From contig OZ004608.1 in assembly GCA_963924565.1 (NCBI GenBank), positions 11,160,001 through 11,224,000 on the forward strand: DNA of 64,000 bases, read 5' to 3'. Within the stretch, counting starts at the first letter, position 1; each line of letters begins with the position of its first letter. The notes beneath the pieces are model-generated. The model saw only the letters and a list, made by a program, of their open reading frames with translations, did no database searches and was not told the origin of the DNA. Position numbers and translations under genes: made by a program. Positions 61,226-64,000 of this stretch are shown in pieces. This DNA is from Ascidiella aspersa. Its lineage: Eukaryota.

Positions 61226-63772
61226 ATGGCCTGCGATACATCACTAGACTTGCAAGACGACATTGATGAAAATCTTATCAAAGAAATCCTAAACAATTCT
61301 GACATAGTGAAAGGTTAGTAAATTTAGATAAAAATCTTTAAAACAATTAACGACCTAATAACCACAAGAAGGCAACTGTAGTGACGATTATTAACTATTA
61401 TATTACCGTGTCTGGATAGTGTGGTGGAGACCCGTGCAAGGCTAATTAAAAAAAGACTGTTGTAAAAAACGCAAGTGCACTTGTCATACTTTCTACAGTG
61501 ATACATAACCACATTTGCATTAATTGTCATTAAAACATAACTTTGTATTTTAGCATTGGGACATACTGAGGTCATTGAAAACAGAATATGTTCACTACCT
61601 AAAGCTACACCAAAGACGCATAGTCCACCACAGGACTTTTCCATAACCCAGGCTCTTGAAAGGGAGAATTCGGATAAGAAAAAGTTTGTTTATCCTCATC
61701 AGATTAATATAAATTTGAAACTTGTAAGCAATTGTCTTGAAAATCAAGAAACTGAAAGTAATGAAGCAAACACTGTTAAAGTAAAACCTGTTCCACACTG
61801 TTACATCAATCAAAAGTCTTCTGAAAAATGTGAAAATCATGTTGGTCCGTCAAAGGATATAACAGATATAGATCTCTCTTGTAACAGCAACCCAATTTCT
61901 CAACCTACTTCACCTATTTTGTCTTCGCGTCGGAATCGAAAAAAGAGAAAACATACCACGTCTTCATGTGGTGCTGGAGATGATGTTTCTGTCAAACATA
62001 TAAGCACACTAACTGTAGGATGTCACAAAAATATCAATTTACCAAAACCTGTGCAAATAGTGTCAAATAAGGGTAATCTTCCAAATAGATGTTCATTTAA
62101 TGCAAATTCTATCCCTCACAGTGATGCCAAAACCAACTTAACTCCTTTATGTACATCAACTAGTAGTTTTCTTGAGAATGCAACACCAACAAAAACCAAA
62201 GCACAGCAAAGGCATTTCCAAAGCAAAACAAGTTTTACGCCATCTGGCACCGAGTACAATCCATGGAAAAAGCAAGAAAGTCTGAGTAAAAGAAGAAGAA
62301 CTTTCAGTGGTTCCTGTGTTAATGCTCAGACTGGAAACCTCCTGAAGTTGAAGCCTACGCCTGTCGTACTTAAAAATACAACAGAAGTAATGCAGACAAA
62401 TTTCACTCCAGGGGCAACAAAGCAAACAGAAACTGTGAGTTTCTTAGGAGGGAAATCATGCCAGGGCTTTAAGACTGCAAGTAACAAAGATGTTAAAATA
62501 TCCTCCGAGGCTTGGAATAAAGCTAAAGACTTGATGAAATGTCTCGATAAACCGCCAATGGCTTTGTCTCAAAGAGTGCCTAATACAAGTCCTATTAAAG
62601 TGTCTAAAGCTGCTTGGTTAAAGATTGAGTCACAAACACCTTGTAACATGAATGCCACTGCATCTAAAGGTAATTATGACACTGCATCTAAAGGTAATAA
62701 TGCTACAACAGTAAAAAAATTAAAAATGGCTCTATGTCAAGGCTTTAAGACTGCTAATAATAAGGATTTGAAAATATCCAATAATGCATGGAATAAAGCC
62801 ATACAATTTATGAACAATGTTGAAGGGCCCTCAATTGAACATCCTCAAAAGGTAGTTACGAGAAGTCCAATAACGATTTCAAAAGCCTCTTGGTCAAAGG
62901 CAGAAAGCACATTGCAGAGCAAGGATCAAACGCTTACAAACATTAAGCATTGCAATATACAAACAAAGAAACAGCCAATCGTGCAAAACACTTCTTGTGG
63001 ATTTCCGGAAATTTCGAACAACTGTGGATTTAGCACTGCAAGTAAAAAAGCCATAACTGTTTCCAAACAAGCGTGGACCAAAGCAATGCAGTTCATGGAA
63101 AATGAATCATCTGCTCTGTCACCAAATTGTGGTAACCTTGAGGGTAACTTGAATCATATTAGTAGTGGTGGTTGCAAGCCAATCACTATACCCAAAGAAG
63201 CATGGAATAAGGCAAAACATGTTATGTCAAGTTCAAGTTGCATGGAGAATAAAATGGAGAAAACTGACAATATTACCGGTAAATCAGTTGCGAAAAACGT
63301 TGAAAAAATATGTAAACTAGAGAGAAAAGTGATTCAACCTGTTGGTACTCTAAAATCTGTAAAACCAAATAGTTTTACGACTCCAAAATCTTTGCAAAAT
63401 TTGCCTGAAAACAGTTCGGATTCTGGATGCGGAATTCGAACTCCTTCTTCCACAGTAAGAACAACAGATGACTCTAACCTGCTTAGCCAAAAAGCTGTTT
63501 TAAGGAGTTTCCCGTCTGCGAAAAGACGCAACAGTGCCTACAAGCCACCAAGGAGTAAAAGGGATAAACTTCAAAACCATAGCAAAAAAACGGGGCCTGA
63601 TATTGCACAAACAGTTGATTCTGAAAAGGAGAATGTTGTACCGTCTTCTCAAAAATCACCTGCTTGCAGGTCGATTGGTAAACGCCTGGGCATCAAAACG
63701 AACCCGGAAACTCAGATTATGATGTCTGACGAAAGTTTGCTTTTGGCGTTGGAGCTAATTGAAAACACATGA
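61226..63772 (+). CDS. BRCA2: BRCA2-like BRC-repeat protein (~768 aa), apparently lacking the DNA-binding domain; coding exons 61226-61313 and 61554-63772
   Basis: ATG at 61226 (MACDTSLDLQDDIDENLIKEILNNSDIVK), donor AAG|gttagt, acceptor ttttag|CA; the phase-1 join (G+CA) runs in frame into the 738-aa ORF. Three BRC-consensus matches: GFKTASNKDVKISSEAWNKAKDLM (62465), GFKTANNKDLKISNNAWNKAIQFM (62741), GFSTASKKAITVSKQAWTKAMQFM (63026). Also a basic NLS-like RRNRKKRKH and a C-terminal AYKPPRS resembling BRCA2 AFQPPRS. The coding call is secure; orthology to BRCA2 is inference. Confidence 0.8.
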
Positions 63773-64000
63773 CGTCACATTGGCACAGTGATTTATTTTA
63801 TTCACTTAACCGCAGTGACACCCTGTTGTTGTTGTTGGGCGATTTTATAGTGTTTCTTACAGTACTATACGTATGAACGCGTGCTGATTACTCCTAGCGC
63901 TTTGTACTGATTTTGCAATTTAGCTTTTTCTTACCACTATTGTTCTATCCCACGCCACTTGCATGAATTGTTTTCGCGATTTTTCGTGTTTCACATTTTT

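Overview
Eukaryotic, intron-rich, AT-rich animal DNA. The short GT-AG introns, dense hAT-type MITEs and patchy CpG depletion suggest an invertebrate such as an ascidian, but that is inference. Positions 1-26 kb have no supportable coding exons: about 19 GC/CpG-rich islands alternate with AT-rich, MITE-containing spacers, resembling a cis-regulatory landscape. Positions 27.2-31.7 kb hold a decayed array of duplicated exon-like units interrupted by nested hAT elements, one with a dead Buster/SPIN-type transposase fragment. I assembled three spliced genes by hand, with all splice phases consistent. (1) A + strand 8-exon gene (35407-45654, ~624 aa) encodes an acidic, probably disordered protein ending in a polybasic + CGCCSIM* CaaX box like that of paralemmin. 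(2) A - strand 18-exon gene (57870-47302, ~1099 aa) encodes a polyQ-rich protein with ~19 zinc fingers. (3) Head-to-head with gene 2, a + strand 2-exon gene (61226-63772, ~768 aa) encodes BRCA2-type BRC repeats and an FxPP-like motif but stops with no helical/OB-fold DNA-binding domain. This candidate minimal or split BRCA2 is the most interesting object in the window. I recognised no rRNA, tRNA, known miRNA or CRISPR array.
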